From NCBI GenBank assembly GCA_030704615.1, contig CM060731.1:81716001-81780000 (forward strand): a stretch of DNA of 64,000 bases, read 5' to 3'. Positions 48,984 through 60,884 of this stretch are shown here, piece after piece; positions within the stretch are counted from its first letter, which is position 1, and the number at the start of each line of letters is the position of its first letter. The notes under the pieces were generated by a model, which was not told the DNA's origin, searched no databases, and worked only from the letters and a program-made list of their open reading frames with translations. The position numbers and the translations under genes are program-made. This DNA is from Takakia lepidozioides (taxonomy: Eukaryota > Plantae > Bryophyta).

Positions 48984-51900
48984 ATGACGAGGCGTCGTTT
49001 GTTGGAGAATACAGGGCCAAGGCAGCAGGTGAACGCGGAGATTGATTCAGAAGAGCAGACGGAGACTGAGGCAGCGGCTGTGACACAGTCGGTGATAAGA
49101 GTGCGCCAGCCTGTGGATGCAGAGATGATTCGCAGGGACACTGAAGGAGGTGGAAGCACGCGGAATGCTGAACCGGGAAAAGGTCCAGAAACCCTAGAGC
49201 AGACAGAAATTCCAGCAGATGTGAGAGGGAAGAGGAAAGCTGCAGAAGGTGATCCAATTTCAAAACCTAAGAAGGCGCCAGTAAGTTTTATCTAACTTAC
49301 ATTTCATTGTTGAAGATATGCGTAGAGATTGAGTGGAATGTCCCAGACAGGGATTGTCGCTACCGACCATCACGAAGGTGATTTGCTTTCTACTCCTCTG
49401 CTAAGGGTTTACCGCACAATGAGTGGGTGACTATCGGTGCAGTCATTCACTGTTGTTCAGATCATACAGTCTGTCTGATTGCCTTTCAAGGAGTCCTTCA
49501 TCTTCCCTTCTTTAGCAGGAACTACTGAATTGCGAGCGTCGTTAACGCCATTCGATTCTCCTCATGAGATTTATGTACCTATGTGTTTGAAGAGAGAGTG
49601 AGGGTCGGCAAACCGTCAATCATCATTGTTCAGATCATACAGTCTGTCTGATTGCCTTTCAAGCAGTCATTCCTCTTCCCATGCTGGCGACGGTAATCAC
49701 AGTGGAGTCAATCTGAATAATCTGCACATACTGTCCGCCCTAAACTATACTGAATGTCGTTGCCGCCAATCACTTACACATAGATGTCATTACACAACAC
49801 CGATCCGGCAGGTCGTTATCTTTTGTGATTGTCGTTAACGCCGTTCGCTATCGCTCTCACTTTTGTTTTGAATACGGCAGTATCAGCTTTGCTTGTTTAG
49901 ATTGTGCTGAATTGTTTCACACCATTCATAGTGAGTTTCTTTGAGACAGAGTGATGGTCGTTACCGCCATTCACTATTTGCAAATTACTCAGTCAGAACT
50001 GAATGGCATCGTGCAGAAAACTGTGAGGTCGAAGCCTACAGGATCAGAGGGGAAAGGATCTGGAGATGGGGACGAAAAAGCTCAGAGAATACAGATGAAG
50101 CAGAGGAATCTGAAGTGACCTTGACAAGGTGAAAGAACTCATGTCATTCCAGAAGGTAAACTCTCAGGAGGTTATAAGGGACATGCTCGTATCTGGAGGG
50201 CGTCTGGACATCCCTCTGTGTCGGATGATATCAATGCCTGTTGTGCGTCCACCTCTTTCCCATGACATAACAAAATTGGAGAGTGATTTTGTGCATGGAT
50301 ATAGACTTGGTGCAGAAGTTTTTTATGTGTCACTGACGGATATAAATGGGAAAAGCACATTAGTGTCTCCAGAGATCAGTGATAACTGGGATGAGTGCTG
50401 GAAAGATGCCAATGAGGAGTTCGAGTTGGGCCTCATGATGGGAAAGAACACCCAGCAATTCTGCAACCACATGTTCTACGTCTGGGACGGCAACCACCGA
50501 TTGCTGGCATGGATGGGATACATTCAGAAACACCATGCGAAAGACAAAGACAAGCATGTTGCTGTGGAGGCAATGGTTTTGGATCCTGGAAACGACATCG
50601 CTAGGCTTCTTACAGCTATGCACGACGTGAACAAGTAAGTCATCCAGGAGATTTCATTCCCTCTGTAGTGTCTTATTAATACACCAAAAACAGTGTTAAG
50701 GAATGTAATGTTTCCAATGTTTTTGCAGATCGACAGAGAAATCGCATGTGACAACAAGCTTGGTTCACACACTATTCCGAATTCAGAGGATTGGTCCGAT
50801 GAAGCTGGATGATTTTCGGACTGTACTACCACCCAATATCATCAAGAAGTGCGAAACAGGAAGAGCTGCAGGCACTTGGTATTCTTTGACACGAGAGGCG
50901 TTTCTGGAGTACATGTATGCGGTAAGCCCGAGTCTGTACTCAGTTTATTTTTCGAATACATGTTTGTAGTCCCTTCGGTGCTAATCACTACTTGTATCAA
51001 TGCAGCAAGAACTGGCAGAGGCAGCTGAGAAGGGAAAATCCGAATATTACCGCACCACACCAGAGGAACTAAGGACATCAAAGGGTGTGGAAGCTGCAAT
51101 AAAGAAGGAGTTTGAAATGCGAAGAACCAAATTGATGTCCACCTTCGGAAAGCAGCTTAGAATAGTAGATCCTGGACTTGGTTCTGAGTTCCTTCAGCAG
51201 ATCAAAACACACTATGACAAACATGTGCATCCGGAGATGCAGCAGGAGAAATTGCACCGGCTGGCCATATCGACGGTCGACCCACAAACAAAAAAAAGGT
51301 GGTTGGAGATATGGAACTCAGATCAAACAGTAAATGACTTGAATCAGTTCCCAAAGAGCACCATACAGCCTGGCACAAAGGTGGAAGGAATCAGTGATTT
51401 GGTGTTTGATAATTGGCTCCACAAGGCTACATTTTGGAGTCAGGTGTGTATTCAAACATGCCGTTTTCTTCTCTTCAAGTATGTGATGAGTATCTTATTT
51501 GCAATTCTGACAAATATACAATTTGCAGCTCAAAAAGCGCGCCGTCATTGTGCTGGATCAGACTTTGAAGGATCTGAACATTTCCATTGTTTCGCCTCCC
51601 CAAATGTCATTGGAGGCATACATAAGGAAGTGGAGAGGTCTCACCTGGAGATACTGTTTTTTCCGGGAGTTCTCCAAAGATGGTAACATTTTACGGTCCA
51701 ACGACTTTGACAGTTAGGTTGGAGGAGAGTGGGCCATGATGCGAGTTGTTTACAGGTGCAATGTCATACTTGAAACTCTACTGCTTATTTTGGGAAAAAA
51801 TGTGGCTTCATAAGGATTGCAATCATAGATCCAGATTGAATGTCGTTGACGACATTCACTTCTTTGTCTAAGTCATTCTTAAGCGAGTATATGAATTCAC

Positions 51901-54900
51901 CTGGTTCTAAGGGTGTAATTATAGTATCCCTAATTAGAATTGATAATGTCCTTGAATGGCGTTGACGACATTCACAACCGGAGTTGTTGAGAGGTCCTCA
52001 GAGTTATGTAAATTTTTGTAATGTCCATAGAGGTTACAGTGAGGGTTCCTCACTTCATTTTGCTGAATGTCAATGCAGACATTCAGTTGTTCTGCATTGT
52101 TTTTGCCTCTTGCGAGGAATCTGAAGGCTTGATAAGCTCTGTTATGAGAAATCCAAAGTGAATGTCGTTGACGACATTCACTTCTGTGTCTGTATTATTC
52201 ACCAGTGACAATTTGAATTTACATGGATTGGGAGCTAAGTAATTGGTTCCTTGTTGGTATTTTTGTGAATGGCGTTGACGCCATTCACATACAGTGTTGT
52301 TGTGAGGTCCTCAGTGATATGTTCGTTATGAATGTGCATTGAGTTTTCCGGGAGGTTCGAGTTTATGATTTCCATCCTGTGATTTTGCTTCATTTGAGGA
52401 ATAATTAGGCTTGATTAGGAGTGTATTCACAAATCCAAAGTGAATGTCGTTGACGACATTCACTTCTATGTCTGTGTCATTCCAAAACGATAGTTTGCAT
52501 TCACCTGGATTATGGTGTATTTACAATATCATTGAATGGAATGTTTTGAATGGCGTTGACGACATTCACATCTGGAGCAGTCGTGTGGTCCTGAAAGGTC
52601 CTCGGAGCAGTTCTGAGAGCCATTTCAATCTATGTTTTTTTCATTCTGTTCTACTTGCATCTTACTCACTGAGCGCTTTTGTGGGTTGGGATTTATCTCC
52701 TTTTTTTCAGGTACACGAAATATGTGCTCATGGAAGGAAATCACCGGAGCGGAATTCCAGACTATCTTGACTTGTGGTCGGACCCTGCAAACGATCCAAC
52801 CATGTATACTGCAGGGATATTGAAGGACTGGAGTCCTTCTCACTTCAGAGACTGTGGGTGGTACCTTGACTGCCCACCGGAGCACACGACCTTTCAAGAA
52901 CAACATATGAAATACTTGAACAATAACGCTGAGATGTTGGCGCCTTTGACTGACGAAGAGTACCAACGAAACATAGCAACATTGGCTGCCAAGGAGCCTG
53001 ATGCTCAGGGAACGCCGCAGAAGGGAAAGAAGGCGGGCCGCAAACCAAAAGACAAGGTTGTTGATGTCATAGCCATCTCACCAGCAAAGCCAAAGGACAA
53101 AGACAAGTCCAAAGAGAAGGAAAAGGACAAGGGGAAGGAGAAAGAAAAGGAGATGGAGAGTGGGCATGATTTTACTGCTGGAAGATATACCCGCACTGTT
53201 CAGTGCGTGTTCGATGCCAAGCCACACCCTTCCCGTTCTGATTCGGCAGGAGAGATGAAAATTGTTAATGAGGGTTGGCTGTCGATGATGCAGAGTCGAA
53301 AGAGAGGATACACTGGGGTGCCTTCGCCTACCTGGGACAATATAATCTCATTCCTCAATCTGGTGAGAATTCCAGTTTCTTTCCTTTTTCTCTGAAAGTT
53401 TCGTTGGCAGTATTTCAGTCTCGTTCTTTGAAAACATTCTTGCCATCGTTCTTATAAAAAATATGTCTGTTGCAGGTGAGCACAGGTCCCACCTTCGTGT
53501 GCGGTGTGCAAAAAACTTATGCGGCCGACATTGTCATTCTCGACATCCCGGATGGCCAGGTTGTGCCAGAAGTTCTTCCAAAGGGCAAGACGCCAGGCTG
53601 GAACAAATTCGAGGACAACTACTGGAGTTGGGTGTTCGGGTTCTGTAATAACTTCCTCTCTTATGCAGGGACACTTCTGCTTTTTCAATCATGTGACAAT
53701 GATAGTTGTCGGGCATTGGCATCATACCTCAAGTCTTCAGGGTTTGAAGTTTTGCGCACATGGAATTGTGTGAACAGCCTCTACCTTTGAAAGGGGGTTT
53801 CCCTGGTCAGCTGGTATGCCGTCTCCCTTCTGCTTATGCTTTCATGATGAGTTTCAATGTTCTCTTCAGCTCCACTCTAGTAGAATCTGTTATGATCGAC
53901 ACCGATCATCACCGATTCGTGATAAAAATGATTTTATTGTGTCTGAGTTCTGAATAGCCGATGTACACACTTCCACTATAGATTGTGTTTACCACACTAA
54001 CCTGCTATCTTTGGCAGACAAGGATGTTCGAGGCGATCTGCCTGCGGAGGATTCGCACCTCAAAGACACCATCCTCCATCCGCAGCTTTGAGATTTCTGA
54101 CCAGGGTTGTTTCGTCAACCCCCCCTATGAGCCCCATGTCGATGACATTTTGTACAACTTCATGCAGTCCAGTCAGACTCTGAAGAGACCAGATGGCACT
54201 CCCTCGAGAGGTGCAAAGGAAAAGTCCCCAACGTTCATGCAAATACTGCTGGAGTCATGCAGCCACCGCTCTGCACGGGTGGTCGATCTTTCTGTGTCCA
54301 CAGGTTTGTTCTTCCAAATTGGTTTTCTTTCAACAGTTTCATCTGCTTAAATCCCCCCCACCAAACTGTTCATGTCCTCCTGTCTGGTGCAGAAGCAACT
54401 TACCATGCATGCAAGGCAGGCGGAAGAAGCCTTTTTGGCATGGAGGGTGATTCTGACCTTTACAAGACAGTGCTCCTCCCCCTTTTGTCTGGCTCCACTT
54501 CAGGCACACAGACTGATCGGATTCAAATTCGAAATGATGACGATCTCGAAGATAAGCAGGTCGACAACGACTTTTCATGTGAGTAAGTGCTAAACCCTCT
54601 TTGGGAGCCATACTCAATTTCTCAATAACATCAAAGTTACAGTAATAACTTTTTCAGGCTGTCTTTCAGGAAAGGCAGCGGTGGATCTTCAGGAGATACA
54701 GTCTTTTCTGGCGAGTCTGTTTTCGACAACCCCCTTTCCAATTTTCTGCTTCCTGTTTATGCCGAAGCAATGGCACTTCACGCGGCCGAGTCCCTATCCC
54801 CTGACTTTTTTGGCCAGCTGTAGGTGTATCCAGCGTGGATCTGGTGTTCTAAAATACTTAGACTTAGATGCAGAGGAAGCGGGGATACATTGTACTGACT

Positions 54901-54914
54901 CTGAGTCAGACTGA
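48984..54914 (+). pseudogene. Copy B ParB-like/beta-class DNA methyltransferase fusion gene (about 10 exons, few stops; start and end approximate)
   Basis: IPLCRMISMPVVRPPL..MFYVWDGNHRLLAW; ADIVILDIPDG; FLSYAGTLLLF; KEKSPTFMQILLESCSHRSARVVDLSVST|EATYHACKAGGRSLFGMEGD; GT-AG introns. Confidence 0.86.
51830..52620. repeat. Intronic ~300-bp tandem units with palindrome GTGAATG(T/G)CGTTGACG(A/C)CATTCAC
   Basis: Copies near 51837, 51953, 52158, 52265, 52440, 52547. Confidence 0.88.
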
Positions 54915-55549
54915 ACTATATTCTTTTAATATTCATTTTCATACTATCTGGAAAACGTTGAATCCCCTTCCTCCACCGTAGTTGTTCCTTTAGAACAAAT
55001 AATAATCACATAATCAACTTTCATTTAAATTTCAATATGTATGAATCCATCTCACAAACCTCCCTAACTCTTCTCATATCCATTGTGCATTCATCTACAG
55101 TGTATTCATGCGTGTTCCATTCATGAATTTTTCCTTTGTTCAACATCCATTGTACATTCATCCTCTGTACTCTTTAATCCACCCCACAAACCTTCCACAC
55201 TCATTTCATATACGTTGTGCATTCGTCAAAAGTTTTGGTCATGCATCTTCCTGTCATGAATTTTTGTCATTCCTCAACATCCATTATACATTCATCCATT
55301 TTACTCTTATCCATCCCTCATTCATCCATCTACATTCATTTTTCACACTCATCCATCTGTTTATCATCCAACTGTACATTCATCCATCCTTTATTCAATG
55401 CCTTTATTATGTCGTCCAGCTTGTTTCCGCGGTAAAGGGTGCCAATCCGCGGGAATACACTCCACTTCTTTCTGGGCGCGTGGTGACGCGGCCTTCACGT
55501 GTGATGACGTGGAGTGAGCCCCGTGACGCGGCATTTGCGCAAGGTGACG

Positions 55550-55610
55550 TGGCGTGAGCGCTGTTGCGCTCACGCGCTCACGTGACCAGGCTCACGCCGA
55601 GGCATCCCTG
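55550..55610 (-). repeat. Copy B right TIR
   Basis: Imperfect inverted copy of 13193-13250, abutting the TSD. Confidence 0.82.
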
Positions 55611-57915
55611 CTCAGATTACATCATCCATAGTTATCCATAAGATATGCACCATGCAAGATATCATGGGCATATAGGAACATCTTGCCACATTACAGATCC
55701 AAGATATGTATACACAAGTACCTTGAGGTGATCCAAGACAAACATTATGCAAAGTAGGTAAGAACATCCTGCCCTACAACACATTCAGGGAGTGTTCACA
55801 CCGGCTGCAGGAAGGACCAGCCTGCAATTAATTACACTTCGGGCCTGCCACCAAGTACACTTCTTGGGCATGAGAAGCCATATTGCAGCTTCACATTTGG
55901 CTAAATGTAAGCACCCCAAAGCATGCATCGTGCAATGCCTTCTAGGTATGTAAAAACAGCCTGTCATTGTATATATTCAGGACCTGTGCACATATGACTC
56001 TTGCTGGCCCAACCTGCAGTAAATCAGACTCCAAACATGCAACCAAGTGATCACTTTGGGCATGTCAAGACTGACTGCAACTTCATTCTTCATCATGTAT
56101 AGTTGCCCCAAGATATATATCATGTAAGGCGTTTTGGCATGGAAGAAAGGCCTGCCCTGTCACAGCTTCCAGATCTGGACACACATACACTTTGAGTGCA
56201 CAAGACCAAGCCCACTTGGCCAAGATAAATCATACAATGCAGGTGGCTGTTCATATGGCAAAATAAAGTAAATAATCATTGGCCAGAGTCCTTTAGAGCT
56301 TACCATCGCTGTTTCACAGAAGGCTAATGCCATGTTTTGCAAATAGAACCTCACTATGCTCCATTCCACAACAAATCCAGGTCTGAAAACGGCCTGTCAT
56401 TGCCTTATCAGGCTGTCTTCTTTAACAAAACTCAGGTCTCCTCATCCTTAGAGCCAAACAACCACTTATGACCTTTCCCTTACACCATCAATCCTCTTTT
56501 CAAGCCAAAAAAAAGGGAAACCTAGTCTAAAAATTCACAGGCAAAGCTGTCAAAGATTCAAGACAGGGTACGATTCACATGTAGTGTTGCATGAGACAAG
56601 GCTGCCAGGCCAAAGTGCTCCATCAGCAGCAGCAAAAGATAAGTCAAAAGCAAGCATCATCATGTCAAACCGGGAGCAAGCGGGCCGAAATCGGGGCTGC
56701 AGGCAGCAGCTGTATGTTACTTTTGCACACATCCTTATCTACAAGCTCAAGAGAATTCAAAGTAGGTAGGGATCCTCACCTGGTCCCATCACAAGCCCCC
56801 ACAAAAACCAATGGGTTAGTGAGGATTGTGGAACCCCAGGTGAATCACAGACCCCTACACTTGTTATCGATGTCAACTAAGAACCCCAAAAACAAGAGAG
56901 AAAGATATGAAGTAAAATGAACCCTAAACACCAAAAGCACCTTGAGCGATTGGGGAAGGTAACTCTGCGCCATGGCCACCAACACGCCACGTCCAGCACA
57001 GCTAAGGGGAAGCGAAGCATACAAATGCTAGGTTTAAGAAGGGAGAGAGAGCGATATACTTCCCCACCCAAGCGCCGCTGCGAAACATAAAAGCCAGAGG
57101 AGGGAAAGGGACGTTGCCATCACAGCGGGTTCTCCCGCCTGTGAGAAGAGACAAGACGCCGCCATCGCGCATCCCCAGGAGCTCGTCCGACATGAAGCAG
57201 CAGAGCTCAGACGCCATAACTCACGAGCTCGGCAGCACGCGGAGTGCAGCTGACAGCGGGAGAGACACCCTAGGGCAGAGCCCGATTTTTCATCCGGAGG
57301 ATGAATAATCAATACCCTTTATCTCAAAAACCCGACGGATGTCATCCGTTAGCTAGGTTTAAACAGTAGATTATAGGGTAGGAGTTAGGGTTTCACTCCT
57401 TAATTAGCAATAATTAAGGGTAATTAAAAAATTCTCCATGGCCATCATAAGCTGCTTTTTTCATCCAGTCCAGATGAAAAAATAAATGGGTTCATTTATT
57501 TGGATGAGATCCATCAGCAGGATGAAAAAGTAGTATACATCATCCAGGGCAGCGGTTTCTCATCCTAACAGGTAATTCGTCATCCCTTAAGAGAAAGCCT
57601 CATCCAGTACGGAAAAAAAAGGCATAAAGGAGGAATAAAACGAATTCAAATCCTGGTATTTTTCATCCGGCATGGATGGAAAAATTATAGATAGGATGTG
57701 AGTGTCAACACCTACTCATCTGGTATAGATGAAAGTCAATAAAAGAGGAATGAAAAATTATAGGTCCTTTTTAGAGGTATTTTAGTGTCCACCCAGGTGA
57801 TTCTTCCGGTATGGATAGAAAACCTTTACAAGTCGGGTGAAAACACCTTTTAGAGTCCATCTGGTATAGATGGAAAATCATGAAAAGAACACTGATGCAA
57901 CCGGCCAATTCCGAG
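55611..57915. repeat. Large tandem repeat, unit 2 (continues 12836-13192)
   Basis: Colinear similarity to ~10300-12610, e.g. GTAGGGATCCTCACCTGGTCCCATCACAAGCCCCCACAAAAACCAA in both. Confidence 0.85.
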
Positions 57916-58099
57916 GAGGGTACATCATCCAGGGCAGCGGTTTCTCATCCTAACAGGTAATTCGTCATCCCTTAAGAGAAAGCCTCATCCAGTACGGAAA
58001 AAAGGCATAAAAGAGGAATATAACGAATTCAAATCCTGTTATTTTTCATCCGGCATGGATGGAAAAATTATAGATAGGATGTCAGTGTCACAACCCCTA

Positions 58100-58685
58100 C
58101 GGAGGCGTGTTTGTGTGCATTTGCAATGCTTGTGCAAGCCTGGCAGCCCTGGAGAAGGGCAAGAGGTGCATGGGGATATCATCAAAGTTGGAATTGTGCC
58201 AAATGTCAATCTGAACACTGCCCTGGCAGCTTTGGAAAAGGGGAAAGAGGTCCATGGCGTCATCTTCAGAGCTGGAATTGTATCAGATGTCATTCTGAAC
58301 AATACCTTGGTGAACATGTTTGCAAAATGTGGGTGCATCTAGGATGCAAAGGGAGTATTTGACACTATGGCTGAACGAGATGTGGTGTCGTGGAGTGCGA
58401 TGCTTGCAGGGTATGCACGGCAGGGACGTGGGATAGAGGCTTTGGAGAGCTATGAGCAGATGATGGGGGAAGCACATCATGTTTGTGTGCATTTGCAATG
58501 TGCGTGCAAGCCGGGCAGCCCTGGAGAAGGGCAAGAGGTGCATAAGGATATCATCAAAGCCGGAATTGTGCCAAATGTCAATCTGAACACTGCCCTGGCA
58601 GCTTCGGAAATGGGGAAAGAGGTGCATGGCGACATCTTCAGAGGTGGAATTGTACCAGATGACATTCTGAACAATACCCTAGTCT
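58100..58685 (+). pseudogene. PLS-class PPR gene fragments
   Basis: NTLVNMFAKCGCI*DAKGVFDTMAERDVVSWSAMLAGYA; frameshifts and internal duplication. Confidence 0.9.
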
Positions 58686-58851
58686 CCAAACTGAGGGATC
58701 ATGGAATGTGTTTATGCAGTAGATTGCTCCTCTTGGGAAGCCACTGTTGCTTCTCAGTTTGGACCTGTGATGTCATTTGAAGTTGGGGCTATCGGTAAAA
58801 TTCAGTCTTTGCTGAATTTGGATGTAAGATGTGTCTTGCAACTTGTGGCAG

Positions 58852-60680
58852 GTCATTGCAAAAGCAAGAGTACCTCTTGTAAAGTTTGTGGAGACTAAGA
58901 GTAACATTTCCTTTGACATAAGGTACTTCAGTTAGTGTTTTTATTCGTACATTCAGGGAGGGAACTGGTAGTTTAATATGCCTAATGACCTGCCAGAAGG
59001 AAAAAGGTCTCATAGTCTCATGGTCTCATGGTCTTTGAATAGGAGATGAAACATTGACTTGCATATACTCACAAGCATGCACATGTGCACCAAAAAGGTC
59101 CAGACCTTTTTGTCCCAGAAAACTGACCTTTTTTGGTAGGCTATTAATGTGAGTTCATACAGATTTGTGCAAGATATCACCAAATCCTTGGGTGTAGTTG
59201 ACTCTAAACCTCTGTTTGTGGCACAGCTTTGATGTATCCAACGGGCCTGAGGCTGCCGATTTCATAATGGTCTGTTTCACTGTCGTCGTATATCTCTACT
59301 TATGCATCTTGTCCAGAAATTTCCAGTCAAGAACCAGCAGTTGGAGCCCAGGCTCTTGTGTGTTCAGTCAAATTGAGCTATTGAATTCAGTTTGCCTTTG
59401 GTTTTTGCAAGAATCATCACAAATATTGAGTACTTTCTATGATATTCATGATGTATGATGTTTGTTAAGGTCTTGTGTTACAGGGTGCAATGAGGGCTCT
59501 TCCTCCTTTGAAGCCTTTGTGTCTTGTGCTAAAGATATTCCTACAGCAGCGAGAGCTTAACGAGGTGGGCTTTCTGACCTCTGCAAGACCAGAAGGAGCA
59601 GAAGTATCAGAAGTATGTCTAGCTATTAGTTTTGCATATGATATTCATGTAAGAGAACTATAGGAAACCCCTTTTAACAGCAAAAACGCACCCAATGAAT
59701 ACAATTACGTAACATCATGAAACAGATTTCGTGAACATCGACTTTGCGAGAAACCTTAAGCAGCCTGTATGCACTAGGGAGTGGGGATTGCGAATGTGGA
59801 ATAACCCTAAAATTTCTCAGTCAGATGGCTTGGGAATGTCGATCCTTCCATACCTCATTGTGTGTAGCGTATGCTGGAGTTTTCAATTGAAGTTGGAGGA
59901 CCTCTTGAAATATGTATACCTTCCATTTTGGATGTGTTGTGTCCTGTCCCTGTGGATCTTAGTTCCTAGCGTTAGCTGGTCATCTGACTTGTTAATGAAC
60001 TTATTTGTATTCTTCAGGTCTATCATGGTGGAATTGGCTCCTATGCTCTATTCGTGATGTTGTTAGCACATCTGCAGGTCTGGACGCTTTCACAAGTTGC
60101 TCTTGCTAAGTCTTTCTTATAGAATGTTTACTGGAGTGGAGAACGCTTCCATTTTCCCTAAGAAAGCTTAGGCTGTTTACTTCTTATGGAGGGGTAGCCA
60201 TCGCACACCAGTGTTCACCATGTGCAGATGTCAACTGTGTCTAGGGTTTGTCAGCAAGACAATCTGTGTTTCTGCTGGTATCTCACTTGCCAGGTATGTG
60301 TGCAGCAATACCCTTTTAGCTCTGTTGCCAAGGAACCTTGGCTGGCTCTATTTGGCCTACCCCAGGTTATTGGGGACTCACAAAAGTTGGCCCATCAACC
60401 ATCTAGTAGGCCAGCAACCATCCAGTTTCAGGGGCCTCTCTGCTCTATCATAAAACAGAAAACACGATCCCACTGTGCAGTCAATCAGCCCATCTTTGAC
60501 AAATACACCAGAATGCAGTGGATGTGTAAACACAATAAACTGTAATTTGACATTTGTTGAGTTGGGTATGAGATTAGATTGATGATTTTGCATTTGCTAC
60601 CACTGACCTAGTGGGAGTTGCTGCAGATGCATCCTAGCAAACAGCATGGGAGTAGCAGAGATCAACCTAGTCCACTTGAA
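58852..60680 (+). pseudogene. Spliced fragment of a TRF4/PAP2-like non-canonical poly(A) polymerase gene
   Basis: Exons 58852-58922, 59227-59269, 59484-59564, 60018-60077, 60627-~60680 splice in frame to VIAKARVPLVKFVETKSNISFDISFDVSNGPEAADFIMGAMRALPPLKPLCLVLKIFLQQRELNEVYHGGIGSYALFVMLLAHLQMHP. Confidence 0.88.
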
Positions 60681-60884
60681 GTGGTGCCGAGAGTGGGTAG
60701 ACCCTTGAGGTCATCCATGATGTCCTCCCCCATGTCACAGACTGGAAACAAGTCCAGGGAAGTTTTCTGCCTAACTTCATTTTCATCAGACAATTTTCTG
60801 GAAACGAACATGGCTTTGGACACTACAGCCTCTAAGTCAGTAGGGTTGGGGCATTTGCTTGAACAATTCTAAAAGGAGAATGTT

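Larger units (their letters stand above)
13193..55610. mobile_element. Full-length MULE-like DNA transposon copy B (~11.4 kb once the CACTA is removed)
   Basis: 9-bp TSD CTCAGATTA at 13184-13192 and 55611-55619; imperfect TIRs; flanks rejoin into one repeat unit; MULE DDE + SWIM transposase. Confidence 0.92.

Noticed and set aside
48984-54914. Bacterial or phage contamination as source of ParB-MTase
   Set aside because: The gene has GT-AG introns shared between copies and lies inside a TSD-flanked element among plant transposons.
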